A DNA stretch of 59,434 bases, the filler included, from Circinaria calcarea (lineage: Eukaryota): the NCBI GenBank assembly GCA_051942165.1. It is 8 parts of 8 records of this genome, joined end to end, with 100 filler letters (N's around TTAATTAATTAA, not from the genome) between each part and the next. Parts side by side here need not be neighbours in the genome. Positions count along the whole stretch, not along the records: positions 29,791 to 37,127 come from JAVECS010001359.1; positions 37,228 to 44,564 come from JAVECS010001360.1; positions 44,665 to 51,999 come from JAVECS010001361.1; 5 more parts are not named here. One strand, written 5' to 3'. Shown piece after piece: positions 36,855 through 49,832 of the stretch. The notes under the pieces were generated by a model, which worked only from the letters and a program-made list of their open reading frames with translations, was not told the DNA's origin and did not search any database. The first letter of the stretch is position 1. The number at the start of each line of letters is the position of its first letter. The position numbers and the translations under genes were made by a program.

Positions 36855-37127
36855 GTGGGGTGCAGATTTCTGCATGAGGCGATATGATTGCATGAGTTGA
36901 GCACAAGTCAAAGGCTACTTCAAATGGAAGTAATCTGAACACTGGAGTTTGCTCATATCATCCTTTCAATCATAGGGAAAAATGGGTCTCTACTTTTAGT
37001 AGCTCAAACCTACAACCTCTTATTCTATCTACCGCCTCGCACTTGCTACAAACCATTCAATCACCCTCCATCCTCTGTTTTCTTCCTTTCCAACTCCTCT
37101 TCCCCCAAACCACCCCAACTTCACCCC

Positions 37128-37227
37128 NNNNNNNNNNNNNNNNNNNNNNNNNNNNNNNNNNNNNNNNNNNNTTAATTAATTAANNNNNNNNNNNNNNNNN
37201 NNNNNNNNNNNNNNNNNNNNNNNNNNN
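37128..37227. other. Artificial contig linker
   Basis: N44-TTAATTAATTAA-N44. Confidence 0.98.
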
Positions 37228-37427
37228 CTAGTGTGACCACGTATAAGAAGTATCTGAGTAAATGGGGCGTGACGAAGAATACTAGAAAGAAATCCGACCT
37301 TGTGCCAGAGGAGAATGGGTTCAGGGAAAGCCTCAGTGAGAGAAGCATGGATTGGAACTCCTTTCCCATAGAGGTCTTTGAGTCTACTAGTAACCAGAGT
37401 TGGGGTACTTTCGCATCAATAGAGTAG
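37228..37427 (+). CDS. Fragment resembling the end of a Clr5 domain (contig edge)
   Basis: YKKYLSKWGVTKN matches the Clr5 C-terminal YK..L.KWG..KN pattern. Confidence 0.45.
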
Positions 37428-37694
37428 AGAGAGTTAGGTAGCGAGAGGTGAGTCCATCTGTTGTATTATGTAGATAGCGTCGAAACCTACAGATACTTAC
37501 AAGCTTAAAACTTTTCATGAACCGTTAAGGCGTTAAAAAGTTCCTTGGATAGCACAAGCCTGACTTCCGATCGACGTGTTGTGGGAAAACGATATTTGCC
37601 TCTCCATTAGGGACCCCGGGTTCCCTATCTTAATGACTTGGGCTGATTCGAGGTTAAGTTACTGGAGCACCTGTTAGGGTTCAGTTCCTTCTTC

Positions 37695-38418
37695 TCACGT
37701 CATAGAATGCCTTTGCATATGATGGGGGCATACCGCGCATCCTATCAGCAAGCATAGAATTGGAGGGTCGTCCTTTACATTTCGAACCCGAGCTATCTCT
37801 CCCCACACCTTCGCCGTCGTATGGAAGCTCTCAGAAGGTCCAGATGTGATAGGTAACGCGAACGAGACCACAGCACATCTTCTCTCAGGACCACGGATCG
37901 CAATGCCCATTGATCGTGGTGGTTCGAACGAGTTTCCTATAGACCTAGGTAGTAATGCAATGACCACAGAATCGATGTTTGGCTGGTGAAAGATATCCCT
38001 CAAGGTCATTTTGAGTGGTCTGGCAGTTGTTCGCTGGGTGTTCCGATGCTCGCAATCTTAGAAAATAGACCTGGTAATTGGCCATGGACAGCAGTTTATC
38101 TTCCAAGCTTTCGGCTTCGCATCTACCGTAAGAATACAAGTCAGCGGAATGCCACGGTACACCAGCCGTGATACCAGAATACTACAGCGCCGCTCTTCAC
38201 ATCTGTTGTACATGTAGAATCGAACTTGCTTGCTTACATTTTATTATCAATTTATGAAGTAGTAGGCGGAGGACATTTGCCTTATCAGCTACCTGCAACT
38301 GAGTAGCCAGAATGCATGAAATAAAAGCTAGGCCGTTCGGTGGCTGAGGAAACGTGTAGGTATAACAGCCAGGGCTTATTGTGGTGTACGGCACAGATGG
38401 TCCTGTTATCATAGCCAT
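37695..38418 (-). CDS. Possible small multi-exon hypothetical protein
   Basis: ORFs 38197-38418 and 37695-38009 are co-oriented with plausible splice sites; no domain recognised. Confidence 0.3.
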
Positions 38419-38998
38419 GTTCCAGTATGGTCGCTTACCGTACTACATACAGTAGGTACTAACGCTGAGGATTGTTCGACATAACCAAAACCTCTCAGCC
38501 CTTTTGCAATAAGGTATGCACCATTTGCATAACCCGGTAAGGGAGGGGTGCCTCGCTAGTGCATCTTTTAAGGGAGCTAGACCCAAAGGAGTTAGCCTTA
38601 ATCGGACCTTCCGGCTGAGAAGAGCCTTCCATACCATAGCTTTAAAACACCAGAGAAATGCAAGCAAACTTAACATCATCCATGCCCACAAGCCTTTATT
38701 ATTATCTTAGCAACTCGCCGTGTTCATCCATATTTCATGTTATAGAGAATCTTTCACTGGCAGTAATAAGTCAGGATTTTCGGCCTCAGCGTCTGGCTAG
38801 CACTAAGAGATAGTAACAAGCATTTGGTATATTTGCTTCGGCATTGGCATGTTGCCCAAATCTTTACCAAAATCACCAAAATCGCAACTCCCAGCAATTC
38901 GTCACTGTTGATTCAAGGTATACCCGGGATAGTGGTTTATGCAGGATTTCTATACCAACCTCAATCCAGATCAGTTACTAATATCTTAAGTGATGATC

Positions 38999-40330
38999 AT
39001 GAGTATACCTTCCCCTCATCCACCTCAATCATCAAACAGAGAAGAGCAGCCAGCTATACCAGCAATACCATCGGCATTAACAAATCAACGTAGATCGACA
39101 CAAAGAAAGCGGATCAGCGCTCAAGAATGGGACCTGATGCGCACTACTATACGGACCCTATACATTACGGAAGGGCTGACGCTTAGGAATACCATGGAAT
39201 TACTAGAAGAGAAATACAGCTTCAGGGCGTCGTAGGTAAATTACTATGCACAAACAAAATCGCATACTAAAAATGTCACTTTTAGGGAGAAGAGTTTCAA
39301 ATTTCAATTGAAGAAATGGAACCTGAATAAAAACACAAAGAAAGCAAACAGTGAAAGATGCACAAATCCGCGTGAAATCGAAAGACCAGTGGACGTTGAG
39401 TCAAGTAAAGGTTGTGGTAAGGTGTCTCTCTACCTAGACCGGTTTCACTAAATTACATAAATAGCTGCGAATGAGAATTCTCGACCTCGAGAAACCGACG
39501 AAGCAAGTTATGAGTTATGTTCTGTATTGAACGCCCCTAGCAGCGAGTCTGTGCAGAGTCTCCCAAAGTGGATAGGTTTAACTTGGCAGGGCCATGACAA
39601 GAGCGCTTTGGATTCCATGTTAAATAAAGGAAGGGATCTAGAAAACCGTGGCGAGTATGGTGACGCGGAGGAAAAATACCGGCAATGCTACAAAGGTTAC
39701 GACCATCTTCTCGGCCCAACCAATCAAAAAACCCTCCAAGCCATCCGTTATATTGATCAGATGTGCCGCAAATTGGAGAAGGCGGAAGAAGCCGAAGCTC
39801 TTTTGGTAAAAACCATAACGTTGTGCAAAGACAAGTTCGGCCAAATGCACGGCAAGAGCTTGGAGTTTATGGAGATTTACGCCGTCAACCTACAAGCGCA
39901 GAAGCGTTTTGCCGATAGCGAGGTCGTGTTGAGTCAGGTGTTGGAAGGGTACGAGACCCTTTACAAGTCGACGCCAATAGAACAATTCGAAAAGTGCAAG
40001 GGGCCAGTGTTGCTTCTGGCGACCGCCCATTTGAAACAAGACGCAGCCGCTTTGGCTGTGGAGCTGTTAGAAGACACCTTGACCAGAGCAAGCGTGACTG
40101 TCCTCGCACAGGAGAATGAAAAGCTGATGCAAATGCGAAATGAGTTAGTGAGATTATATGTTCATAGAGACGGCACCGCTGGAATCGGCTCACTAGAGGA
40201 CCTGAGACTTTTTGAGAGCTGGCATGGCGACCATGAGATTATTAGCAGGGTGGAATCGGCCCTGGGATCAACTTCCAATGGCAAATTTCTAGAATCAAAT
40301 TTCCAAAGCCAGATAGGGTTAGGGTTATGA
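38999..40330 (+). CDS. Clr5-domain protein with TPR-like (kinesin light chain-type) repeats, probably 3'-truncated
   Basis: EWDLMRTTIRTLYITEGLTLRNTMELLEEKYSFRAS|EKSFKFQLKKWNLNKN (Clr5); GEYGDAEEKYRQCYKGYDHLLGPTNQKTL and similar TPR units. The frame runs into a minisatellite. Confidence 0.8.
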
Positions 40331-40399
40331 TTTTGGAGATGATTCTGGGAATACTTTCTTAGGACACTGCTGACTTTCTAGAAGTAGTCCTGGATCAAT

Positions 40400-40731
40400 T
40401 TTCTAAGGGGAATCCTGGGATCGATTTCTCATGGAAATCATGGGGTCAACATTCTTTCTAAGGGGAATCCTAAGATTAACTTCTCATGCAAATCATAGGA
40501 TCAACATTCTTTCTAAGGGGAATCCTGAGATTAACTTCTCATGGAAATCATGGGGTCAATATTCTTTCTAAGAGGAATCCTGAGATTAATTTCTCATGGA
40601 AATCATGGGGTCAACATTCTTTCTAAAGGGAATCCTAAGATTAACTTCTCATGGAAATCATAGGATCAACATTCTTTCTAAGGGGAATCCTGGGATCGAC
40701 TTCTTATGGAAATCATCGGATTAATTTTCTA
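40400..40731. repeat. 55-bp minisatellite, about 6 copies (more decayed copies from about 40260)
   Basis: ttctaa(g/a) unit starts at 40401, 40456, 40511, 40566, 40621 and 40676, an exact 55-bp period. Confidence 0.93.
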
Positions 40732-42070
40732 GAACAACTTGCAGTTCCAATCCATATCTGGAAGCACAACTATCGTTCGAGGGCAGTCAGCCATGATCAT
40801 AAGCAGGCAAGGGAAGAAATTTTTTTCGCGGGCTATTATAGATTTTTGTTATTCTAGAGAAAAGAGCTTTTACGGGCTATTTGTTTTTCACTCGGTTTCT
40901 GTTATTCGAGGGAAAGGAATTTTGGCGGGCTATTGCTATCTATTCCCCCTTCTGCCACTTGAGGGAAAAGGGGGAGGAAACCCAGCCCCCCCCCCAAAAA
41001 AAACCAAAAAAGGAGTCCGAGTTGCAAATCGATTGCGGAAAGGACTATCTGGAAATGGGGTTTTTTTTCTTGGACGGTTCTCAATATCACGACTGGAGTG
41101 TTCTCCAATGCAATGATGAGCAAGAAGGATTGCGCAATTTTCGTCGGGGGAGAGAGTCTGGTATCAACATCTACATGTGGTGGAGCCAAGGCGACTAGTG
41201 ACTGGGCGCACATATGGAGTGGGCAGGCAGGCATGGAGGACATACACACACTCTCTCTCTTTACACGCATTGCATAACAGAATAGCAGTCAGAAATGCAA
41301 TACTGATGCCCTCCGATTTCCTTTCTATATGTGCACTATACTGTAGCAGTCAGTTCTTGCCATATACCCTCTGATTCTTCACTATTCAGGCTCCCATTAC
41401 CCCTTCTCGACAGCGTCTTTGCCTATACTTTAGGAGCATAGCGGAGCACCCTATATCCTTCACACTACACAGTGTTTTTTTCTTATCAGAATTCAGTAAG
41501 TAAATCAATTCATTGCATTTTCTTTGGTTTGGGAGAGAGTCTGGTATCAATGTCTACACACTGTCTTTTTCTCTTATCAGAATTCAGCAAGCAAATCAGT
41601 TCATCACATTTCCTTTCGTCTGGACTTTGTCAAATTCTTAATCATAAGGGGCTTGGTCTGACAAACTGGGATGACTTTACAGCACATGATTGGATTTGCG
41701 TCTTTATCTTGATGCTCCGGTGTGGCCTGGTTAAGTACTATTTGGACATGGCTTAATTCGCCCCGATATCAAGTGAGAATCGAGAGCATACACTGCGGTG
41801 AATATTTTCTACAATACGGAGTAGCAGCACCCGTTCCAGCGTAAGATTACTTAGAGCTCTTATATACCCCGCTAACCTTTCCAGCCTCCATCGTCCAGCT
41901 GTAGCGTGTGTCCACTAAGTTCTTTGGCATGCACCCCAGCAAGCACCCCAGCAATAGCCATATCACCATTAGCGCTGACATTGCATAAAAGCTCCATTAG
42001 CAGAGTAAGAGAGCAAGGATAGACATGACTGCGTAGCCTGCGGGGAGTTGACCAGAGTTGCATGACCCCT

Positions 42071-44564
42071 TTAAAGAGCCGATCGTAAGGAGGATATGTC
42101 AGGGCTGACTGGTTCCCTACTTTTCAAAGTCATGATAGCCCCTCTCTGCGCGATCTCAATCAATTCTCGAAGCGGCTTGGGGTTTTCTTTGGCAAGACCG
42201 GCCACAATGACTCCAAGAAAGGTGTCCCCAACCCCGTTCACGCTCACTATTTGATCCGGGGTTACCGTTTCGGCCGGTGGATAGAGTCTCATGTAAATGC
42301 CCGCCAATGCATTAATGCCTCCTTTGTATTCCACAAGGGGTCGACCAAATATATAGGGTTCCTCTTCCTGCAATGTTAGTCGCGAATCTCCCTGGTAAAG
42401 GAGTTCCGTGAAAAGAACGCCTTCAGAGCCTAGTTTTGTGAGAATGCAAGGTATGAAGGGCAACAGAGCCAAAACGTTCTGGGGGACTTGTCGATCCACA
42501 AGTGCAATGCTTGAATACCGTATAAGGCTTCTCCCTAAGCTTATCGAATATTGAAAAGGTAAATTGCTAGGATTTGCCGAATCAGTCATCATAGAAAGCA
42601 GATTGGGACAATGAAATTCATCGTGTTTTCTAACGTAGTTCGACATAGCTAGCAGCTCGAATTCATTTGGCGCCGCTAGGTCCACCAGTGGAAGTAGTGC
42701 CTCCAACGGATTGCTGATACATACAAACAAGCGTACTGACTTTTCAGATGAGACGGGTTCGAATGCTATCTTCGCGCCAAGAGATTTGCCTGCAGTGACC
42801 CATTCACGTAACATAGAAGTATGCCAATTTGCATCCAAGACGAGCCACTTCGGCTGACAACGGTGGAGATGGGCCTTCCACCGGCTGAAACCACCAGGTG
42901 AGTCGTCTTCTAAGATTTTCATATCTGCCATAGCTATGATGAGATCCTTTGCGGCGTCATTGAAAGCTACGTACTGAGCAGTACGGGAGCCGTTTGGTAT
43001 GATCTCAATGGCGTCAATCCGCATTCCATTTTCAATCAGCTTGTTTTTGGCAGTACTCCCAGCTGCGTCTTCCCCTACAGCACTGCATAGGCTAACAGGC
43101 GTGCCAAGATGATGGAGGGCTGTAGCCACATTGTGGCCTACGCCACCGAGGCTCTGCGAGATAAAAGCTGGGTTAGAGGTACGAAGCGCGGGTTTATATG
43201 CCTCCTTCGGAGTGGACAACTCGAAAAGGGGTGTATAATCACAGGAGAGGTCGATCGCTAGAGAACCAGCGACTAGCACATCCACTTTCTCATCCTTTGG
43301 ACTCCGGAAAGTGTTACTACCAGTAATCTTGGTACTCGAGCTCGAATTCAGCGTCCTTTGGATTAACCTTGAGTTTGAAGTTGGGCCAGCACCTGAAACT
43401 CCTATTGATGGTACAGCTGAGGCTAGGCTATCTTTGGAAGAATTAGATTGAAAGCCAGTTGAATTATAACTGGCCATCCGTAAGACTAGTATTCAGTAGG
43501 CGGCGGATAGCCCAATATCCTTACCGTGCAAGGACGCTGTGATCTCTGAGCTCCAGCTTGGAAAGTTCAACTGCTACTTTGGTGCCACGTAAAACGTTTG
43601 ATTCCACCAAGGCTCTGTTCGCCGCAACAGTATCACCACATGTCAGTTCCCGGATCTTTCCAAGAATGAACGGAGTATTGTCACTGCCAGACATCCCATG
43701 TTGTTCTGCTGAGCGAATTGCTTCAGTCATGATGGCATCCATCCGACTTTTGGCAAGTGAATACTTTAACGGTATGGGATTGCCAAATAACAAGCCGGAT
43801 GAAAGCTGCAGGCTCGTTTGTGCATCTAAATTCACACCGCTGAATTAGCACCCAATATAGCCGTTTCGAAAAACCAGTACAAGAATCGCACATATCTACT
43901 AGTCAACTTGTAGTGTTTGTTACTGGGTTCTTAGGGCCAGAAAGAGAATTTTCATAATGAATTATCATACTTACATGTTATCGCTGCAGCCTCCTTTTCG
44001 TCTCGGACGACAGTCGGACTCTTTACACCACTTTCACGGGTCAAGAAGGCAGGAAAGTCAACGTTGCCTGTCCTGCCGTCCGCAAACGTGCTTACTCCTA
44101 CCCCTTGGGTTTCAAGGTATTCGAGTGTGCGGGGAATGTCAAGGAAGCTCTTGCACCCGCTACTTATGACAGCGACTGGTGTGCGCCCAAGCTCTGTCAG
44201 GTCAGCGCTGATATCCATGGAGTTTTCTCCATGTCGATGAACCCCGCCTAGGCCACCAGTTGCAAACACCTTGATTCCAGCGCGATGGGCTAGTATCATG
44301 GTACCAGCAACCGTCGTACCTCCATTGAGCTTCCTCCCGCTTATACCCTAGAGTACATCAGTTAGTGCACTTAAAGCAACTAGTAGTTTAAAGAAGCATT
44401 GCAATAGTACCAAACCACAGATATAGCCTAAATCTCGTCTTGAAATTTTCTTCATCTCAGTCTTGCCAGCAGAGGACATGAGCTCGATGAGCTCCTCTGT
44501 CTCCAAGCCAACTCTTGCAACGCCATTGAGAATGCCAATGGTAGCTGGTATGCCTCCATTCACA
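42071..44564 (-). CDS. Pseudouridine-5'-phosphate glycosidase (PsuG/IndA) fused to a PfkB-family kinase; 5' end cut by contig edge
   Basis: [65 protein letters not shown]; kinase motifs GGVGHNVA and [10 protein letters not shown]; several introns. Confidence 0.93.
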
Positions 44565-44664
44565 NNNNNNNNNNNNNNNNNNNNNNNNNNNNNNNNNNNN
44601 NNNNNNNNTTAATTAATTAANNNNNNNNNNNNNNNNNNNNNNNNNNNNNNNNNNNNNNNNNNNN
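44565..44664. other. Artificial contig linker
   Basis: N44-TTAATTAATTAA-N44. Confidence 0.98.
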
Positions 44665-45545
44665 GGTTTAATGGGTAGGGGTAGTGTGGTGTTTTTTGGG
44701 GAGGTTAGGAGGAGGGAAGGAGAAAAAAAAAGGGGGGGGGAAGATGGAATAGGCTGTATTGTATTGGCTATGCTAACTACTAATCAATATGTATTGAACT
44801 CGACTATAGAACTGCATACTACATAAGCAGAAACCTCTACTTTACATGCGTCACGGTTGGTTACTTAAACCCGCTCCGTAGGTTCGTTCCCACGTAGGGT
44901 AGAACCTCTGTTCTTGACAGGGTATATGGCGTAGAAAGGGGCAGCTTAGGTGGGATGGAGTAGGCCAGCAAGTTAAAGCCAGGTTAATATCCTACCCCAT
45001 ATCGCAGGGTAGCGTTTAGGGTAAAACACCTCGATGTTAGGGTGTATAGCTTTTGTGGTATTCACCTCCAATTAGTATTCTGGGCTTTTGAATCGATATG
45101 TGCAGGGAAAAGAAAAGAGTACGAGGAATTGATTTGGGAGATTAAATGCCAAAAGGGACAATGATAAACCAATCTCCTCGTATTTTAGTAAAACCCCTGT
45201 GTTTATTTCAAACCTATTTCAACAGAGGAGACTCAACAGCCAGAGGCACGACGGGTGCTTTTTCTCTCGGCAGCTAACGATACAACATATTTCCACAAAA
45301 CATCGTTTAGTTCTCCGTGGCCATGATCGTGGTAAATATCACGCGGAGTCTTACCTCCGTGATTATCACTGGTTCTGAGCAGGAAGAGATCAGTTCTCTG
45401 GGAAGGTGTGAGGGAGGCTTGGAACTCTTTCAGAGCATCTTGCAGTGGATCGATAACACTAAGTGATATGGATTAGCTTATCGTACTAGAACGGCCGTGA
45501 CACTCTTAACATACGATGGCGACACCATTCAGAGGCCCGAGTAGA

Positions 45546-45668
45546 AATGATTGCGAGTCCATTGTAAGAGGAGACCTCGTTAGAAACCGGAAAAGGCAAT
45601 CTGCCTGCTTGGGCGGCGAAGGAGCATGTTCTTTCGGCTATTTAGACAAAGGGTTCCCCACCATAGAA
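45546..45668 (+). repeat. Direct repeat, copy 1 (copy 2 at 51401-51552)
   Basis: Shared aatgattgcgagt..att.t.agaggagacctcgttagaaaccgga.aaggcaatctgcctgc and cggctatttagaca..gggttccccaccatagaa. Confidence 0.88.
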
Positions 45669-45748
45669 CCCTAAGCCGAAATGGGTTGGGGTTCGAAGGC
45701 TAAAACCCGACGCAACCCTACCCGTGGTGCACTGTAATTTCGAGAGCC

Positions 45749-47874
45749 TTAGTCAAAATTAATGGCAAGGGAATTATCCTCCATGTATTGCATTCCTTGA
45801 AACCACAACTCAAATCTCAAATCTGCTGCACCGATAACGAGTTTGATCTTGTAGTCGGCTGTATAATGCGATTGTTTTCCCCTTCCTGGGAACTTGTTGA
45901 GGAGGTGATATTTTACGTGTTCAAATTGTTGAATGTCGACTTTACTTAAGTCCGCTTTTACTGTGCAAAGTTGAGTGGCATCCGCTAGATAATCTATTAG
46001 CGAATCGAAAGACTCCTTCAGAGATGCATCTCTTGAAAGCTTACCGTGTGCAATGTTCGTTGGAAGTTGCGCACGGTCATTGAAGGATGTGTAGAATTCG
46101 CAATACCATGCTCGAGAGGTGTTAGCCAAAAATGTGCGATAAAACTCATGCGCCCGGAATGGTGAGTCAGAGTCAATCTTGTCACCCTGCATTGTGTTAG
46201 TAGAGGTGTTAAGATATGAAAGATGGTTTGACCCGCGTATTACCTTTTGGATGATCCATTTGATCTGATTACTTACACGTTTCTTCCCGTCCATGTCTCT
46301 GGAGACTTCCTCTCCAACATGTGCTGTCTTCTTCTTATCATAAATTTGGCTGACCCTGATACCATAGGAAGCTCGGCATACTCGGCTCCTCAATACAGCT
46401 GGACCTCCTTTAAGCTTTGCTATTGTATCAATAACCAAACCTTTAGCTACAGCAAGTTGTCTGCCGTTAACGTTAATTCTCTTCACAGGATATCGTAGGA
46501 GACATCTTACGGTTCATCGGATACTAGTATCTGTATATTGCTGTAAGTAGATACGGCACTCATTTTTTGGCGGACATAGTCTGAGCTTCCTAGTCCGCCA
46601 GAGAGCACGATATAGTCCTTAAGTAAATTAGACCAGGTGCTATTCATCGAATGGCGCCACATACAATTCTCTTGTTCGCTCTAATCGTCTGTAATCCCCG
46701 AATTTGGTCAGAGATGAGCATTTCGATTCTCTCCACTTCCGGATCGAATAGAGCTTGGAAGTCCTGCCTGCGATCTTTAGCATCAGTTCCCGAAATCGGT
46801 TCAACGCCTCCAGCTTACTGGGAGAAAACCATCTTGCCTTCTTTGATCTTAGCGGCCTTGTTATTGACATTACTATTGATGAGTGGGACCTTGATATTGA
46901 AGCTGTTCAATTGTTCAGTGTCTTTGTGCCCAAAGCTGCACTTCCAATTTGCCCAGTCTGCGCTATGCATCATGGTCCAAGCTGTCCCCTCATCGAGCTT
47001 TGGGTGCATGGACTTCAAACGTTCTTCAACCAACCTCTTGAAGGCTAGGTCAATATTTGTCGAGCCAATATTCGTGCCTTCCACAACTGCAAGCTCTTCT
47101 AGCGCAGGCTGTCCACCATCGCTTCCAGTGTTCTCAAGGATGGCGACATCAGTAGTTCCACCACCAGCATCACAGACAAGCATGACATTACCAGCCTCAA
47201 AGGTTAGGCCCGCTTCTTTCGCAGTATACACTGCAGCTGCCTCTGGTTCGGTCAATCCAATCTCAATGGTGTGCTGAGCCCCTCCCTTGCAGAATCCAGC
47301 CTCCTGCAGGAGATTTCGGAAAGTTTCGATGATCGAGGCCTTCTTGAACGTGCAAGGGACACTGAATGTAAAGACGACTCGCTTTTGGGTCCAATCACCG
47401 GTGTACCCTTGGAGAGTCTCACACAAGTGAGCGTATAGGCAACTCATGTAGTCTCTGAACCAAGTCCGGACCTCTGAGTCCTCCTCAACCCGATCTGATT
47501 CGGTATATTCCGGATCTAGCCTACGCTTGAACCATTCCTTCTTTCCCTCTGAGTGTTGGCATTGGAATCCCCACTGAATCTTCTCTTCTTGTCTTTCTGG
47601 CCGAGAAAGCATCCCTCCAAGCCACGCACCCCGCGAAGCTCTTTGGATATTAGGGTACAGGATGGTGGTAGGGGTCTTGTTCTGATGCTCGTTAGGTTTT
47701 CCAGGCCATCTCTGGATGACCTTAGGCTGTGGCATATTAACGGTGGACCAAGCGACTCCTGCTTGATCCTATTAGTGGGTGAGAGATACGACATTCAGGG
47801 TTGAGCTTTCCTGTGAAGGTCATCCCAAAATCAACCCCTACTACTAGATCCACTGTGGGCTTAGTACTCGTCAT
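45749..47874 (-). CDS. Non-canonical Hsp70-like (HSPA12-type) actin-fold ATPase
   Basis: LVVGVDFGMTFT|GVAWS, IQRWPG...NKTPT, FTFSVP, GLTEPEAAAVY, LVCDAGGGTTD, YIVLSGGLGSSDYV, QLAVAKGLV, RASYG; multiple introns. Confidence 0.9.
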
Positions 47875-48132
47875 GCTTGTAGACTTGATCATGCAAGCAG
47901 AGAAATGAACAAGATAATAACACGAATTAAAAAATTGATTTGAAGAGTGAAGTTCGAAATTGAGAGAAGGTAATGCGGCTCAGCGCAGATTATTGCTTTT
48001 TCTTGCAACGCGCATGAGGCTACGGATTAGATAAGGAGGGCGCAATTCTTGATCCCAATGAGTCGACCTTCCATCATGCTTACTTCTGCTGTTGAATGAA
48101 ATTCGAAGTGATGTTCATACAGCTACTGCAGA

Positions 48133-49750
48133 ATGGATATGCTGCTTAGTAATGGTATTGGTAGAGCCTGGGGCTATTCTGATAAAGCTTCTACGACTCG
48201 AGGCGACTCGGTGCAGCTCGAGCTGTTTATGCAACAGCCCGCCGAAGATGCCGCTATATTAAGACAGCTGGACTTTCTGCGGCAATTAATTGACCAGCAT
48301 GCATCACAGTTCTATCATTCCTTGAAAAGTGAAGCAACAACGAGGCAGATCAGGGGTCGCCTAGAAAAGGGAGCTTTGAGATGCTCCGCGAAGACAGCCG
48401 CAGAGGTTGCGAGTCTAATCTGTGAACCGGGGTCGAGGGTAACCGGGATACGAATATTGATAGCCCTCACTCTCCTTAGCAGCATCGATGTCTCGGGCAA
48501 TCCTCGCCATACGCTCCTCCCACAAGAGGAAATGGCCCTATTGTTTAAATACAAGCTACACGATTGGCCACAAGACATGCAAGAAGGCAAGTGAATCCTA
48601 TTGGTCGATTTGAATGTTAACTTACAATATTAAGGCTACCAGCTGGCGCTGTCTAAATACAGAACCATAGTAAGCTTTCTACAATCTACACCAGATGGGA
48701 AAGTGCGGACAAAAGTAGCGCCTGAGGAACTTCGGCGCATGATCGAAATCATGGACGAAATCCTTGGCCCCTTTGAAAATGACCACAGCAGGGAAGGAGA
48801 TCAAAGCGAATACCGGGTCAGCAATCTGAAGCTGCTTGTTAAACGTACAGCAGAAATAGGCGCTATGCTGTTTGCCCATCCGGCAACGTGGGCATTCTCT
48901 TGGGAATCCCCAGGAGCCGGTGTTTCAAGAGGCGGAAATTTCAAAACGTCCTCAACGCCGATAGTCGTGTTCCCGGCAATAATGAAAACTAGTGATCTCG
49001 AGGGCAGAGAGCTCAAGAATCCTATAGAAAAAGCGGAGGCAGAGAAGGTCTGGCCCAAAGAGATACCCTCGAAGACATCTGCAGGAATAAGGCAGAAATC
49101 AATAAACTACAGAGACCTTTCTCCTGACGGTAAACACGGTGACTCCAAATCCGTGGATCTTTCTCTAAAAGGAGTCATCCCGGCAAACTCAATAGCTCGG
49201 GAATCCTTTAACTCGTCAGAAGGGAGACTTTCAAATGAAGTTCCTGGTGCGTATCCCTCAAAGTCATCAGAATCTCGGCCGGATTTTGCACAAGCTCAAA
49301 GACCTGGTCTTACGGAATCTCCCTCACCAGAGGAAGCCCCTACAAGAATTCCGTTTTCTGAAAACAGTACGGACGCTCACTCGTTATCTTACGAGGTGGA
49401 CGCCACAGATGCTAAGCCGGGGCATCAAAATCACCAGTTCTCATTCGCAGGTCTCAGGTCATTAAAATCCAAGGCAGAGGCAGGTAAGCCTAGGACTAAA
49501 GAGGACATCAAAAAATATAATTCTCGGGTTCCGCACCGCCGACCGTACTCGTCTTCGCGTACTTTGGAGGAGGATCCGTGGCAGAGGCCAAGTCTCTCTT
49601 TAGCACCAGGTGAATCTTTCAGTTATTATTATTTTATGGACGCAACTAATCTGATATGGGACAGTCAAAAAAGGTGTAAAAAGTATCATAAACGCAGTGA
49701 AAAGTTCTGATCACAAATCTATTGCCAACAAGCCCAGACCCTTAGATTGA
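48133..49750 (+). CDS. Uncharacterised protein divergent from the Hsp70-like gene: helical N-terminal half, VFPAI.K.SD..G motif, disordered tail
   Basis: ORFs 48133-48594 and 48703-49710 join in frame via a GC-AG intron at 48587-48634; a second intron 49610-49664 leads to a stop at 49750. Confidence 0.7.
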
Positions 49751-49832
49751 TGTTTCGTCATCCATAGTAAGTGCTTAAGCCGTACAAAAGCAATGGGACA
49801 GCCACCAAGTATTGCACTTTAAACATTGGTCT

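Noticed and set aside
40400..40731. Repeat array as a CRISPR
   Set aside because: Head-to-tail 55-bp units with no unique spacers, eukaryotic context, no cas genes.
42071..44564. PsuG-PfkB fusion as a novel architecture
   Set aside because: Bifunctional pseudouridine-metabolising fusions are already known in fungi and other eukaryotes.
44940..45045. Scattered TTAGGG-like words as telomeric repeats
   Set aside because: Isolated copies, not a tandem array.
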